Assembly (NCBI GenBank): GCA_038321865.1 | Contig: JBBQFH010000012.1 | Location: 1-64,000 of the forward strand | DNA: 64,000 nucleotides | Direction of reading: 5' to 3' | DNA from: Gemmatimonadales bacterium | GTDB taxonomy: Bacteria > Gemmatimonadota > Gemmatimonadetes > Gemmatimonadales > GWC2-71-9 | Shown: in pieces, positions 49,523-58,398 of the stretch | Layout of the letters: each line of letters starts with the position of its first letter | Numbering within the stretch: the first letter of the stretch is position 1 | Position numbers and translations under genes: made by a program | Notes under the pieces: model-generated | What the model saw: the letters and a program-made list of their open reading frames with translations, nothing else | What the model was told of the DNA's origin: nothing | Database searches by the model: none

Positions 49523-50962
49523 TCAGTTCCCCGAGACTCCCCCCACCACCCGCTTCGCCATCGTTCCCGCCCTCAGCCGGCCGTTCGCATCGACCTCGTT
49601 GATGATGGCGATCTGCGCCACCGGCACGCTCGACGGATACTGGCTGTTGAACTCCTGGACCGTCATGTCCCGCGGCACGCGGACCAGCTGCACCTTCGCG
49701 GCCTGCACGTTGAGCGCCGCCGGATCGGTCAGCGGGCCGAAGCTGGCCATCGTGCGGCGGAAGAGGGCGTCGTACTGGCTCATGCCGGCTGCCGAGGTAT
49801 AACCGAGGATCTGGTACGTCGCGTTGCCGTACGACACGAATGACACCAGCCCGGCAACGGCCCCCTGATCGGTCTGGGCCTGGAAGTAGCCGGACACCGC
49901 CGGCATGCCGTTGATCGTCGTGTTGGTCACGTTGGTGGACTGCACCCCCTGCTGGCTGAAGAACTGCTGCGCCGCCGCGCTCGGCGTCCCCTGCCCGAGC
50001 GTGAGCTGGATGATGGCATCCTGATTGGGACTCTGAGCCGCCACGGCCTGCGCCGTGTTCTGCTTGGCCCACCCGTCGGGGAACGTGAGCTGGAATCGCA
50101 GGTCCGGATGCAGGAACACGCCGTTCCTGAAATAGCCCTGCCGCGGGTCTTCGCCGAACGTCATCCCGCTCACGTGCTGCAGGTACCCGTCGCGATTGAC
50201 CCGCGCGGCGGCCAGGCTCTTGTGCAGCGTGTCGAGGCGTTGCTGGGTCGCCGTGATGCGGTCGGCCGGCGCGGGGTGAGTGGCCAGCCAGCCGGGCAGC
50301 TTGCCCTGCTGCCCCGATGCCTGATCGAGCCGGTCGAGCGTCTGGAAGACGCCCGTCATCTGCCGCACGTCGTAGTTGTCGATGAGCGCATAGCGGAAGC
50401 CCGCGAGGTCGGCCTCGCGCTCCGCGTCACGCGAATACTGCAGGAACAGCACGCTCAGCCCGGCGCCGGCCAGCTGGCCGTACCGCGCCACGGTCGGCGA
50501 CAGAATGCTGCCGATGCCAAGCCCGAGCTGCGCCACCTGGGACTTGCTGATCTGACTGACGGAATGGCGGTTGGTGACGTGTCCGATCTCGTGGCCCATC
50601 ACCGTCGCGAGCTCGGCCTCGTTGTTCATGTACGTCATCAGGCCGCGCGTCACGAAGACGAACCCGCCGGGCAGGGCGAAGGCGTTGACCGAGGCGTCAT
50701 CCACCACGTGGAACTCCCACGGCAGCTGCGGCCGCTCGGTCTTCGCCGCCAGCTCCTTGCCGATCCGCGAGACGTAGGCCTGGAGGGCCGGATCCTTTAC
50801 CTCGCCGATCTGCTGCAGCGTCTGGGCCGAGGCCTCACGACCCATCTGGATCTCCTGCGATTCCGAGATGAGCGCGAGCTGGCTCTTGCCGGTGACGGGG
50901 TTGGTAGCGCACCCCGCAACCAGGCCAGCCGAGACGACGACGAACGTGAGAAGCCGGGACAT
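49523..50962 (-). CDS. M48 family zinc metalloprotease lipoprotein with a C-terminal extension
   Basis: Lipobox AGC-ATNPVTG, NAFALPGG, HEIGH, YSR..E.EAD and THP motifs. Confidence 0.92.
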   Translation of the reverse strand: MSRLLTFVVVSAGLVAGCATNPVTGKSQLALISESQEIQMGREASAQTLQQIGEVKDPALQAYVSRIGKELAAKTERPQLPWEFHVVDDASVNAFALPGGFVFVTRGLMTYMNNEAELATVMGHEIGHVTNRHSVSQISKSQVAQLGLGIGSILSPTVARYGQLAGAGLSVLFLQYSRDAEREADLAGFRYALIDNYDVRQMTGVFQTLDRLDQASGQQGKLPGWLATHPAPADRITATQQRLDTLHKSLAAARVNRDGYLQHVSGMTFGEDPRQGYFRNGVFLHPDLRFQLTFPDGWAKQNTAQAVAAQSPNQDAIIQLTLGQGTPSAAAQQFFSQQGVQSTNVTNTTINGMPAVSGYFQAQTDQGAVAGLVSFVSYGNATYQILGYTSAAGMSQYDALFRRTMASFGPLTDPAALNVQAAKVQLVRVPRDMTVQEFNSQYPSSVPVAQIAIINEVDANGRLRAGTMAKRVVGGVSGN

Positions 50963-51051
50963 GGCATGGGTCTCCGATGGAGGACTCCGGGCCGCCAGTG
51001 CGGCGCCAGCGAGCTCAACGGTAGCCCGAATGGCCCGGGAGGGCTGTGACG

Positions 51052-51086
51052 CACGTCGCGCCGGGCTGGTGGCCCGGCGCGACGTG
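51052..51086. terminator. Perfect 15-bp hairpin downstream of the Gly-Thr lipoprotein gene
   Basis: CACGTCGCGCCGGGC-TGGTG-GCCCGGCGCGACGTG; no U-tract. Confidence 0.55.
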
Positions 51087-51108
51087 GTTCAGGAGCAGCG
51101 AAGGTCGT

Positions 51109-52014
51109 TCAGGGCGCGAGTTGCAGCGTGGTGACCACGCACCCGGCCGTCGGGTTGCAGGCGATGGCGTCGACGCCGGGGTTCTGCCGCAGCTGGTCGG
51201 TCACGTCGCCGTTGAACGCGCCGGTGTACCAGTAGAAGGCCGCCTGGGTCAGGTCGATCGTCCAGGTGCCGCCGGTGCCGTCGGTCGCGGTGGCGGTGCC
51301 GGTACCGGTGGTGTAGTCGCCGGCGGTGCCGTAGTAGACCAGCTGGCCAGTGACGGTCTGGCCGGTCGTGAAGTTGAGGATCTTCTTGCCCGAGCCGTCG
51401 GTCGCGCTGTAGAGCGTCGCCGGCTGGGTGAAGGTGAGCGTCAGCGTGCTGTTGACCGTGCCGGTCTCGAGGCACTTGCTGTGGTAGGGCGAGGTCCGGT
51501 GACCGCCCGGGTTCATCCAGACGCCGATGTAGCCGAGGGAGGACACGGTGCAGCTGCCCTTGTTGTTGCGGCCCGCGTGGCCATCGGCCCAGTAGGCGAC
51601 GCACTTCGGATTGTGCGGCGCGCTGGTGCCGCTGGAGCTGACCCAGGTGCCATCGGTACCCAGGGCGACATCACCGGTGCACGTGCCGACATTCCACATC
51701 GCCGGGCCGCTGGTCAGGAAGATCACCCCGGTCGACGTCCCGTTGCTGGTGAACGATCCCGTGAGCGTGAGCGAGTAGCTCACCGGCACGGTCACGATCG
51801 GCGGCGGCGGCGGCGGGCCGGCGGGGTCGCCGGTCGTGTCGATCACGGTACCCGTTCCGGTGCCAGTTCCGGTACCTGTGCCCGTCCCGGTACCTGCGCC
51901 CGTCCCGGTAGTACCGCTGGCAACGGTGTTGCCCGGATCAAGGGGAGTCGGCCGGTCGCAGGCGCTCATCAGGAGAGCGGCGGCCAGCGGGAGCCCAATG
52001 TACAGCGTCTTCAT
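51109..52014 (-). CDS. Hypothetical surface lipoprotein with a (GT)n linker and a duplicated Cys-flanked motif
   Basis: Lipobox MSAC, GTGTG tract, poly-Pro, Thr/Gly-rich beta domain. Confidence 0.85.
   Translation of the reverse strand: MKTLYIGLPLAAALLMSACDRPTPLDPGNTVASGTTGTGAGTGTGTGTGTGTGTGTVIDTTGDPAGPPPPPPIVTVPVSYSLTLTGSFTSNGTSTGVIFLTSGPAMWNVGTCTGDVALGTDGTWVSSSGTSAPHNPKCVAYWADGHAGRNNKGSCTVSSLGYIGVWMNPGGHRTSPYHSKCLETGTVNSTLTLTFTQPATLYSATDGSGKKILNFTTGQTVTGQLVYYGTAGDYTTGTGTATATDGTGGTWTIDLTQAAFYWYTGAFNGDVTDQLRQNPGVDAIACNPTAGCVVTTLQLAP
51846..51916 (-). repeat. Degenerate 6-bp coding repeat encoding (Gly-Thr)n
   Basis: GGN-ACN units with synonymous variation. Confidence 0.8.
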
Positions 52015-52252
52015 CTTGACATGCTCACGGTTCGGGGGTCACCGGAACGAAATCTCGGTGCCCGAACGGAAGGCAGAAGGCGTGCCGCGCACTCGCCAGT
52101 GAGCTATGTGCTTATCAATGAATGGGTTGCTGAAATTCGGCTGGAATGGAGCAGGGGTACGCACCGGCGGATTCCGCGGGAGTTTTCACCCCGATGGCCC
52201 GACTGCTGTCGCGCTTCTCGACAGCGGTCGTCCATTTATGATACAGCGTTTC

Positions 52253-53803
52253 CTATGGCTGGAAGGCGACTTTGACCGGCGTCGTCGACCCCGCGCTGCC
52301 CGTAACCCCGAGCTGGCCGTACTCGTTGTCGCCCCAGCAATAGGCTGTGCCTGCAGTGGTGACGCCGCAGCTGAACGTCTCGCCCGCGGTGAGCGACTGG
52401 AAGACCAGTGAACCGGAGACGGCCACCGGGGCCGTCGTGGCCGTCCGGGTGCCGTTCCCGAGCTGGCCGAAATCGTTGTTGCCCCAGCAGAAGGCGGCGC
52501 CCGCCGTGGTGAGTCCGCAGCTGTGCCGCACGCCCGCCGTGACCGCCTTGTACGTCTGCCCGCCGGTGACGGCGCTCGGCGTTGAGCTCGAGACGCCGAC
52601 CCGGCCCAGCTGCCCATCGTCGTTGTTGCCCCAGCAGAAGATCGACCCGCCGACGGCCACACCGCAGGTGTGAGCGTAGCCCGCCGACAGGAAGCCCTGG
52701 GAGGGCACGTAGAAATCGGGATCCGGGGCGTGCGGCACGAACGTCGGATCCACCTGGAAGGTGATTCCGCCCGTTACGTTGACCGGCTGAAAGTTCCGGT
52801 CGACCCCCGTGGCCGCGCCGAGCTGGCCGCTCAGGTTGTAGCCCCAGCACCGGGCCTGCCCGGCCACGGTGAGGGCACAGCTGTGCAGTCCGCCGGCCGA
52901 CACCGTGCGATAGTGCACCGTGCCGATGCCGAACACCGGTCGCAGGGTATCGGCGTGCGTGTTGGTGGAGGTGTCGCCCAGCTCACCTTCGGCGTTGTTG
53001 CCGCCGCACCAGAGATCCTGCGCCAGGCTCAACGCGCAGGTATGGCTCCCGCCCGCCGACACCAGCTGGAAGGTGATCGGTGAGTGATTCTGCACCGGAA
53101 TGTTCGACGGAATCTGCGACTTGTTCAGCAGCCGTCCATCCTGGTCCGCGCCCGCGCAGTACACCACACCGGAGAGCGTGAGTCCGCAGCTGTGGTACCG
53201 GCCGCCACTGACCGTCCGGAAGGTGAGTCCGCCGGAGGCCGGCGTGGGCTGCAGGGTGTTCGAGGTGCTGCCCGCCATCAGCTGGCCATCGCCGTTGAAG
53301 CCCCAGCAGACCGCGCGCTCATCGGTGGTGATGCCGCAGGCGTGATAGCTCCCCGCCTCGACATAGCGATAGACCAGCGGCGTCCCGCCCGCTCCCCCGC
53401 CCGCCCCCGCAGTGGCGGTAAAGGTCGCGGCGGTGAGCCCGGCGACGGTCGCGGTCGCGGTGTCGGACCCGGCGGTTGCGGCCAGGGTCCAGAGCGTGCT
53501 CGAGATGCCGTTGGCATCGGTGGTGTCCACGGCCGGGGACAGCGTCCCGCCGGTGGCGGTCCAGCGCACCTCCACACCCGGCACGGCCAGGCCGGCCTGA
53601 TCGGTCACCTTCACGCGCAGCGAGTCGGTCAGCGGCGCGCCGGTCGCGCCGGTCTGCGCGTCCCCGCCGGCCACCGCGACGGAGGCGGGATCACCCGCCA
53701 GCCCCAGCGGCGTGACCTTGTCCTTGCACGCCGTCGCCCCGAGTGCCACTGCGGCCGCGGCGATCCATCCGCCGTACATCCGCCCCCGGCTCACTGGACG
53801 CAC
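52253..53803 (-). CDS. RCC1-repeat beta-propeller lipoprotein with an Ig-like domain
   Basis: Lipobox ATAC, Ig-like GDAQTG..L.V.V.D segment, repeated AG..H.C.....G...CWG.N..GQLG. Confidence 0.9.
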   Translation of the reverse strand: MRPVSRGRMYGGWIAAAAVALGATACKDKVTPLGLAGDPASVAVAGGDAQTGATGAPLTDSLRVKVTDQAGLAVPGVEVRWTATGGTLSPAVDTTDANGISSTLWTLAATAGSDTATATVAGLTAATFTATAGAGGGAGGTPLVYRYVEAGSYHACGITTDERAVCWGFNGDGQLMAGSTSNTLQPTPASGGLTFRTVSGGRYHSCGLTLSGVVYCAGADQDGRLLNKSQIPSNIPVQNHSPITFQLVSAGGSHTCALSLAQDLWCGGNNAEGELGDTSTNTHADTLRPVFGIGTVHYRTVSAGGLHSCALTVAGQARCWGYNLSGQLGAATGVDRNFQPVNVTGGITFQVDPTFVPHAPDPDFYVPSQGFLSAGYAHTCGVAVGGSIFCWGNNDDGQLGRVGVSSSTPSAVTGGQTYKAVTAGVRHSCGLTTAGAAFCWGNNDFGQLGNGTRTATTAPVAVSGSLVFQSLTAGETFSCGVTTAGTAYCWGDNEYGQLGVTGSAGSTTPVKVAFQP

Positions 53804-54108
53804 CCCGACACCGACCCATTGGGCGCCGTCGTCGTCTGCTCGGCCTCCACCTCTTCACCCAGCCCGAAGAAGGTGCTGCGGTCGGAGTAGACGCGGAGGG
53901 TGCCGGCATCGGTCGCCTTGGTGACGGTCCAGCAGACCGGCGAGGAGACGGCGTCGAGCGCGTAGGTCTTGTTGCCGTGCCCGGAGATCGGGCCGAAGCC
54001 GTCGATCGAGCCGGTCCAGCTGGTGTCGGACTCGATGTGCACCACGCGGCCGCCACAGCCGGCGATCAGGAGCGTGGCGACGATCGGGAGCAGTGCTCGG
54101 GTGCGCAT
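53791..54108 (-). CDS. Small hypothetical lipoprotein
   Basis: Lipobox IAGC; two further Cys; alternative start ATG 54132 overlapping the upstream stop. Confidence 0.75.
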   Translation of the reverse strand: MRTRALLPIVATLLIAGCGGRVVHIESDTSWTGSIDGFGPISGHGNKTYALDAVSSPVCWTVTKATDAGTLRVYSDRSTFFGLGEEVEAEQTTTAPNGSVSGCVQ

Positions 54109-54128
54109 GCCGAAGCCTCGGAGAAAGT

Positions 54129-54776
54129 TCATTGATGGATCGTGGTGTCGGGCGCGGCATCGGGCACGTTGCTGCCCGGACGCTCCGCCATGGTGAAGGT
54201 GCCGAAGCCTCGGGCGTCGAGTGCAAGCCCGGTGCGCATGTCGCCGTTCCGGTCGGCAAAGGCGAGCGAGGAGGCACCATCCCGCGCGAGGTTGAGCACG
54301 GTGCGGCTCCGGCCCGACCCGTCGGCGAAGACCAGCGTGGTCGTCTGGTCCGGGAGGAGGCCGAGCACCGCGCGCTCGTGGCCCAGCGTGTCGGAGATCG
54401 TAATGCCGGACGAGCCGTCCTTGAGTACGGTCACCGCCACGCCGCCTTCGCCGCGGGTACCCGTCAGCGCCAGCCGGAGCGAGCCGTCATCCGCGATGCC
54501 CCAGGCGCCGCGCACCTTCCCGCTGCCATCCCGGATCACGAACCGCTGTGCCTCGACCGACTTGGCCACCGTCCCCGGCAGCCCCCGGCGGCCGCCGACG
54601 GCGACGAGCGCCATACCCAGGCCAACCAGCACTGCGACGCCCACGATCAGGCCGACGGTGAGCCGCCTGAGCCTGGCGTTCTGTTCCTCGAGGTCACCCA
54701 TCCGGTCGGCCATGCCGCGTTCCAGCTCGTGCATCAGCCCCTTGAGCTCGGTCGCGTTCGCAGCTGCGTCGCTCAT
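54129..54776 (-). CDS. Bitopic membrane protein with five tandem 23-aa beta-rich repeats
   Basis: Short coiled coil, TM helix, then repeats; ATG overlaps the ATPase stop. Confidence 0.8.
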   Translation of the reverse strand: MSDAAANATELKGLMHELERGMADRMGDLEEQNARLRRLTVGLIVGVAVLVGLGMALVAVGGRRGLPGTVAKSVEAQRFVIRDGSGKVRGAWGIADDGSLRLALTGTRGEGGVAVTVLKDGSSGITISDTLGHERAVLGLLPDQTTTLVFADGSGRSRTVLNLARDGASSLAFADRNGDMRTGLALDARGFGTFTMAERPGSNVPDAAPDTTIHQ

Positions 54777-56122
54777 GAAGCCTCCACCGTTGCGTGGTCG
54801 TGCGAGGTGTCGAGGAAATAGGAGTGACAGGCCCGACGCAGGAGCTCGCGGTTGAGCGCCGGCGGTACCTCCAGGAACTTCGCGATGTCCACCACGTGAT
54901 CGGTCAGATCCCGCGGGTGGCACGAGCGCGGCATGATCCCGAGCCGGCTGTAGTACTCGCGGAAGATCAGCTCCAGCGCCTGGCTGTTGAACTCGATCCC
55001 GCGCGCGAGGCAGCAGCGCCGGAAGATCTCCTCATACTCCGCCCGGGTCGGGTCCTCCACCTGCACCTTGTAGTGGATCCGCCGGAGGAAGGCCTCCTCG
55101 ACCAGCGACTTGGGGTCGAGGTTGGTGGCGAAGATGACCAGGCAGTCGAACGGCACCGAGAACTTGGCGCCGGTATGAAGGGTGAGAAAATCCTCCCGGC
55201 GCTCCAGCGGCACGATCCAGCGGTTGAGCAGGTCGCGGGGCGGCACCCGCTGGCGCCCGAAGTCGTCGATGATGAGGACGCCACCGTTCGCCTTCACCTG
55301 GAAGGGCGCCTGGTACAGCTTGGTGTACGAGTCGTACTGGAGGTCGAGCTGCTCCAGCGTCAGCTCGCCGCCCGCGAGCACCACGGGGCGCGCCACGAGG
55401 GCATACCGCCGGTCGGCGTTCCCGGCGCCGAGCCAGAGTGCCTCCATGGGGTCGTCGCCGGCGGCGAGCGGGTCGGCGCTCCGGTGAAAGGTCGGATCCA
55501 CCAGGACCATGATCTCGCCGTCGAGCTCCACGGCGAACGGCAGGTACAGCTCGCCGCCCAGCAGCGTGGCGATCGTCTCCGCGATCAGCGTCTTCCCGTT
55601 GCCGGCCTCGCCGAAGAGGAAGAGCGACTTGGCCGAGTTGATCGCCGGGCCCAGCACGTCGAGCATCGCTTCGTCGATCACCAGGCCGGAAAAGCCGTCC
55701 CGCATCCGCTCGCGGGTCACGTGCGCCTTGCCGATGGTCTGCTGCTCCACCGCGTGGCGGTACTGGACCAGCGGCACCGGTGCCGGCCCGACGTAGCGGC
55801 TGCCGGCGAACGCTTCGCGGGCCCGCTCGCGCCCGGTGGTGGTCAGGTCGAAGACGTAGCTGCCCCGGCTCGCGCCGGCGGCTGAGCGCACCTCGACGAA
55901 GCGGCGGTGCTGCATGTCGAGCAGGCGCTCGTCGACGAAGGGGAACGGCAGGCGGACCGTATCGGTCAGCGACTGGCCCGAGCGCGCGCCCTGCACGTAC
56001 AGCACCTTGAGCAGCAGCTCCTCGACGAACTCCGCCGACAGACCCGCGTCGTCGAGCGTCTCGGGCGCGCGCGGCTTCCAGCTGGTCTGCTCGGCTGCCG
56101 GTGAGACGGGGACGGCGGTCAC
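54773..56122 (-). CDS. Tad-associated AAA+ ATPase with an N-terminal winged-helix-like region
   Basis: GEAGNGKT, VLIIDD, ATNL and EAFLRRI motifs. Confidence 0.88.
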   Translation of the reverse strand: MTAVPVSPAAEQTSWKPRAPETLDDAGLSAEFVEELLLKVLYVQGARSGQSLTDTVRLPFPFVDERLLDMQHRRFVEVRSAAGASRGSYVFDLTTTGRERAREAFAGSRYVGPAPVPLVQYRHAVEQQTIGKAHVTRERMRDGFSGLVIDEAMLDVLGPAINSAKSLFLFGEAGNGKTLIAETIATLLGGELYLPFAVELDGEIMVLVDPTFHRSADPLAAGDDPMEALWLGAGNADRRYALVARPVVLAGGELTLEQLDLQYDSYTKLYQAPFQVKANGGVLIIDDFGRQRVPPRDLLNRWIVPLERREDFLTLHTGAKFSVPFDCLVIFATNLDPKSLVEEAFLRRIHYKVQVEDPTRAEYEEIFRRCCLARGIEFNSQALELIFREYYSRLGIMPRSCHPRDLTDHVVDIAKFLEVPPALNRELLRRACHSYFLDTSHDHATVEAS

Positions 56123-56487
56123 GGTGCGGTCTCCAGCGCTGACATGGTGAGCACATCTCCCTCGGCGATCCCCGCGCGCTCGGCCGACCCGGCCCGGAGC
56201 TCCAGCGCGGAGCGCGCGGCCCGTACGTAGGGCGACCGGGCACCCGGCGCCAGCCGGTGACAGACCCGCACCACCCGCCCCGCGGGATCGAGAAACACGA
56301 CGTCGATCGGGTACGGCATCATGAACATGTGGACGCCGCGACAGGGCACGATCAGCAGCCCTTCGTCCGCTTCCGGCTCGGGCGAGCCCAGCAGGCCGCG
56401 CAGCCGGGTCAGCGGATTGTCGGCGACCCGGACCCGGCCGGCGAGCGTCGTTCCCCGCCCCGCGTCACTCACCGACACCAGCTTCAC
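56119..56487 (-). CDS. DUF192 family protein
   Basis: ADN..RLRGLLG, GLLI.PC..VHMF.M.YPIDVVFLD and LEL.AG motifs. Confidence 0.9.
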   Translation of the reverse strand: MKLVSVSDAGRGTTLAGRVRVADNPLTRLRGLLGSPEPEADEGLLIVPCRGVHMFMMPYPIDVVFLDPAGRVVRVCHRLAPGARSPYVRAARSALELRAGSAERAGIAEGDVLTMSALETAP

Positions 56488-57413
56488 ATGCCGATCTTCT
56501 CGAGCTCACGCATGATGGCGATGACCGACGGTGCCAGCACGACCACGAACATCGCCGGGAAGATGCAGAGCACCAGCGGGAATACGAGCTTGATCGTCGT
56601 CTTGGCCGCCGCCTCTTCGGCGCGCTGCCGCCGCTTGATCCGAAGCGTATCGGCCTGGATCCGGAGCGCGTCGGCCACCGACGTGCCAAACCGGTCGGTC
56701 TGCACCAGCATGGCGACCAGCGACTTCATATCGGGCAGTCCGGTGCGGTCCGCCAGATGCTTGAGCGCGTCTTCCCGCGGCGTGCCCGCTCGAATCTCGA
56801 GATTCACCAGCGTGAGCTGCTCGCTCGTGACCGGGCTGACGTGATAGATCTCGTCCGCCACCCGCGAAAGCGCCTGATTGAGCCCGAGCCCAGCTTCGAC
56901 GCACACGACCAGCAGGTCGAGCATGTCCGGCATGGCCAGCTGCACTTCCTTCTGCCGCGCCTTGAGCTTGCTCCGGACGAAGAACGTCGGTCCGATCCAG
57001 CCGATCCCCGCGCCCCACAGCACACCCATCAGCAGCTTGAGCGGCGCCGCGCCCAGCGACTGGCCGATGAGGAGCGCCCCGATGATGAGGACCGCGGGGA
57101 GAATCACCCGTGCCGCCCAGTAGATCGGGACGGCGCTCTCGTCGGTGTAGCCGGCCTGGACCAGGAACAGGCGCACCGCATTGACGTCGGTGCGGCCCTC
57201 GGTCACCCGGCCGCCCAGGATCGACAGCACGTTCTTCAGCCGCTCGGCGTTGGCCTCCCGGCGGCGGCGCTCGATCTCATCCCGCCCGCCGAGCGCCCGC
57301 AGCTCATCCAGCCGCTTGCCGACGGCGGCCGGGCGCCGGGGCGCGAGCAGCGCCATCGACACCATCATGAGGACGACGCAGGCCGCGGTGAACAGTCCGA
57401 TGAGCGTGAGCAT
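56484..57413 (-). CDS. tadC: Tad pilus assembly protein TadC
   Basis: PDMLDLLVVCVEAGLGL, Q.DRFGTS and AEEAAAK..IKLVFPLV motifs. Confidence 0.93.
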   Translation of the reverse strand: MLTLIGLFTAACVVLMMVSMALLAPRRPAAVGKRLDELRALGGRDEIERRRREANAERLKNVLSILGGRVTEGRTDVNAVRLFLVQAGYTDESAVPIYWAARVILPAVLIIGALLIGQSLGAAPLKLLMGVLWGAGIGWIGPTFFVRSKLKARQKEVQLAMPDMLDLLVVCVEAGLGLNQALSRVADEIYHVSPVTSEQLTLVNLEIRAGTPREDALKHLADRTGLPDMKSLVAMLVQTDRFGTSVADALRIQADTLRIKRRQRAEEAAAKTTIKLVFPLVLCIFPAMFVVVLAPSVIAIMRELEKIGM

Positions 57414-57414
57414 G

Positions 57415-58398
57415 TCAGATCTCGATATTCACGATCTTGCGGATCCACACATATCCGATCAGCTGCATCACGATCGCGATGATCACCACCAGCTTGCCCA
57501 GCGGATCGGTGAACAGGATGCTCATGTACTCGGCGTTCATGCTGTACAGGATCAGGAACAGGAAGATCGGCAGCGCACCGACGAGATAGCCGGTCATCCG
57601 TCCCTGCGCGGTGTAGACGCGCAGCTGCCGCCGGATCATGAACCGCTCCCGCACCACCTTGGCCAGGTTGTCGAGAATTTCGGCGAGGTTGCCGCCCACC
57701 TCGCGCTGAATCAGGATCGCCGTCACCAGGATGCGGACATCCACCAGTCCGACGCGGTCGCTCAGGTTGAGGAGCGAGTCGGGCACCGGCAGGCCGAACC
57801 GCTGCTCCTCGAACACCCGCCGGAGCTCGCCGGCGATCGGCTCCGGGCTGTCGTCCGCCGCCATCTTGAAGCCGGACGAAAGCGGGTGGCCGGCCCGGAG
57901 CGCCCGCCCGATCAGCTCGATGGCCTCGGGCAGCTGCTCCTCGAACCCGCCAAGCCGCTTGTTGCGGCGCATGCGGACGTACATGTATGGCAGAAATGCA
58001 CCGGCCAGCGCGATAAAGAACCCGGCCGTGACGCTCCGGGTCAGCATCATTCCGCTCAGCCCTAGCCCCACGCCGAAGCCGAACGTCAGCACCACGAACG
58101 TCTTCAGCGTCCACGCCATCCCCGCCTGCGTCAGCATCCGGTCCACGTTCCGGAGGGACGGCAGGCGCGCGGCCAGGGCCTCGATCCAGACGGCCTCACC
58201 GTCCTCCTCACGGAGGATCTGCTGCCCCGCCGGGTCCAGCGGCGTATCCACCAGCTCCTTGAGCTGGCCGACGACGTTCTGCCGCTGCTGCCGGTCGCGC
58301 CACCACTCGAAGACGAGGGCGGCCGACACCGCGAACAGCGTCGCCGCCACGAATGCGGCGATGGCCGGCAGCAGCGCGCCCTGCGGGATCCCTACCAC
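57415..58398 (-). CDS. tadB: Tad pilus assembly protein TadB
   Basis: [31 protein letters not shown] and TAQGR motifs; GTG 58398 overlaps the cpaF end. Confidence 0.93.
   Translation of the reverse strand: MVGIPQGALLPAIAAFVAATLFAVSAALVFEWWRDRQQRQNVVGQLKELVDTPLDPAGQQILREEDGEAVWIEALAARLPSLRNVDRMLTQAGMAWTLKTFVVLTFGFGVGLGLSGMMLTRSVTAGFFIALAGAFLPYMYVRMRRNKRLGGFEEQLPEAIELIGRALRAGHPLSSGFKMAADDSPEPIAGELRRVFEEQRFGLPVPDSLLNLSDRVGLVDVRILVTAILIQREVGGNLAEILDNLAKVVRERFMIRRQLRVYTAQGRMTGYLVGALPIFLFLILYSMNAEYMSILFTDPLGKLVVIIAIVMQLIGYVWIRKIVNIEI

Noticed and set aside
51846..51916. CRISPR array or phase-variable microsatellite
   Set aside because: It is an in-frame, synonymously diverged 6-bp unit coding Gly-Thr, with no spacers and no cas genes.
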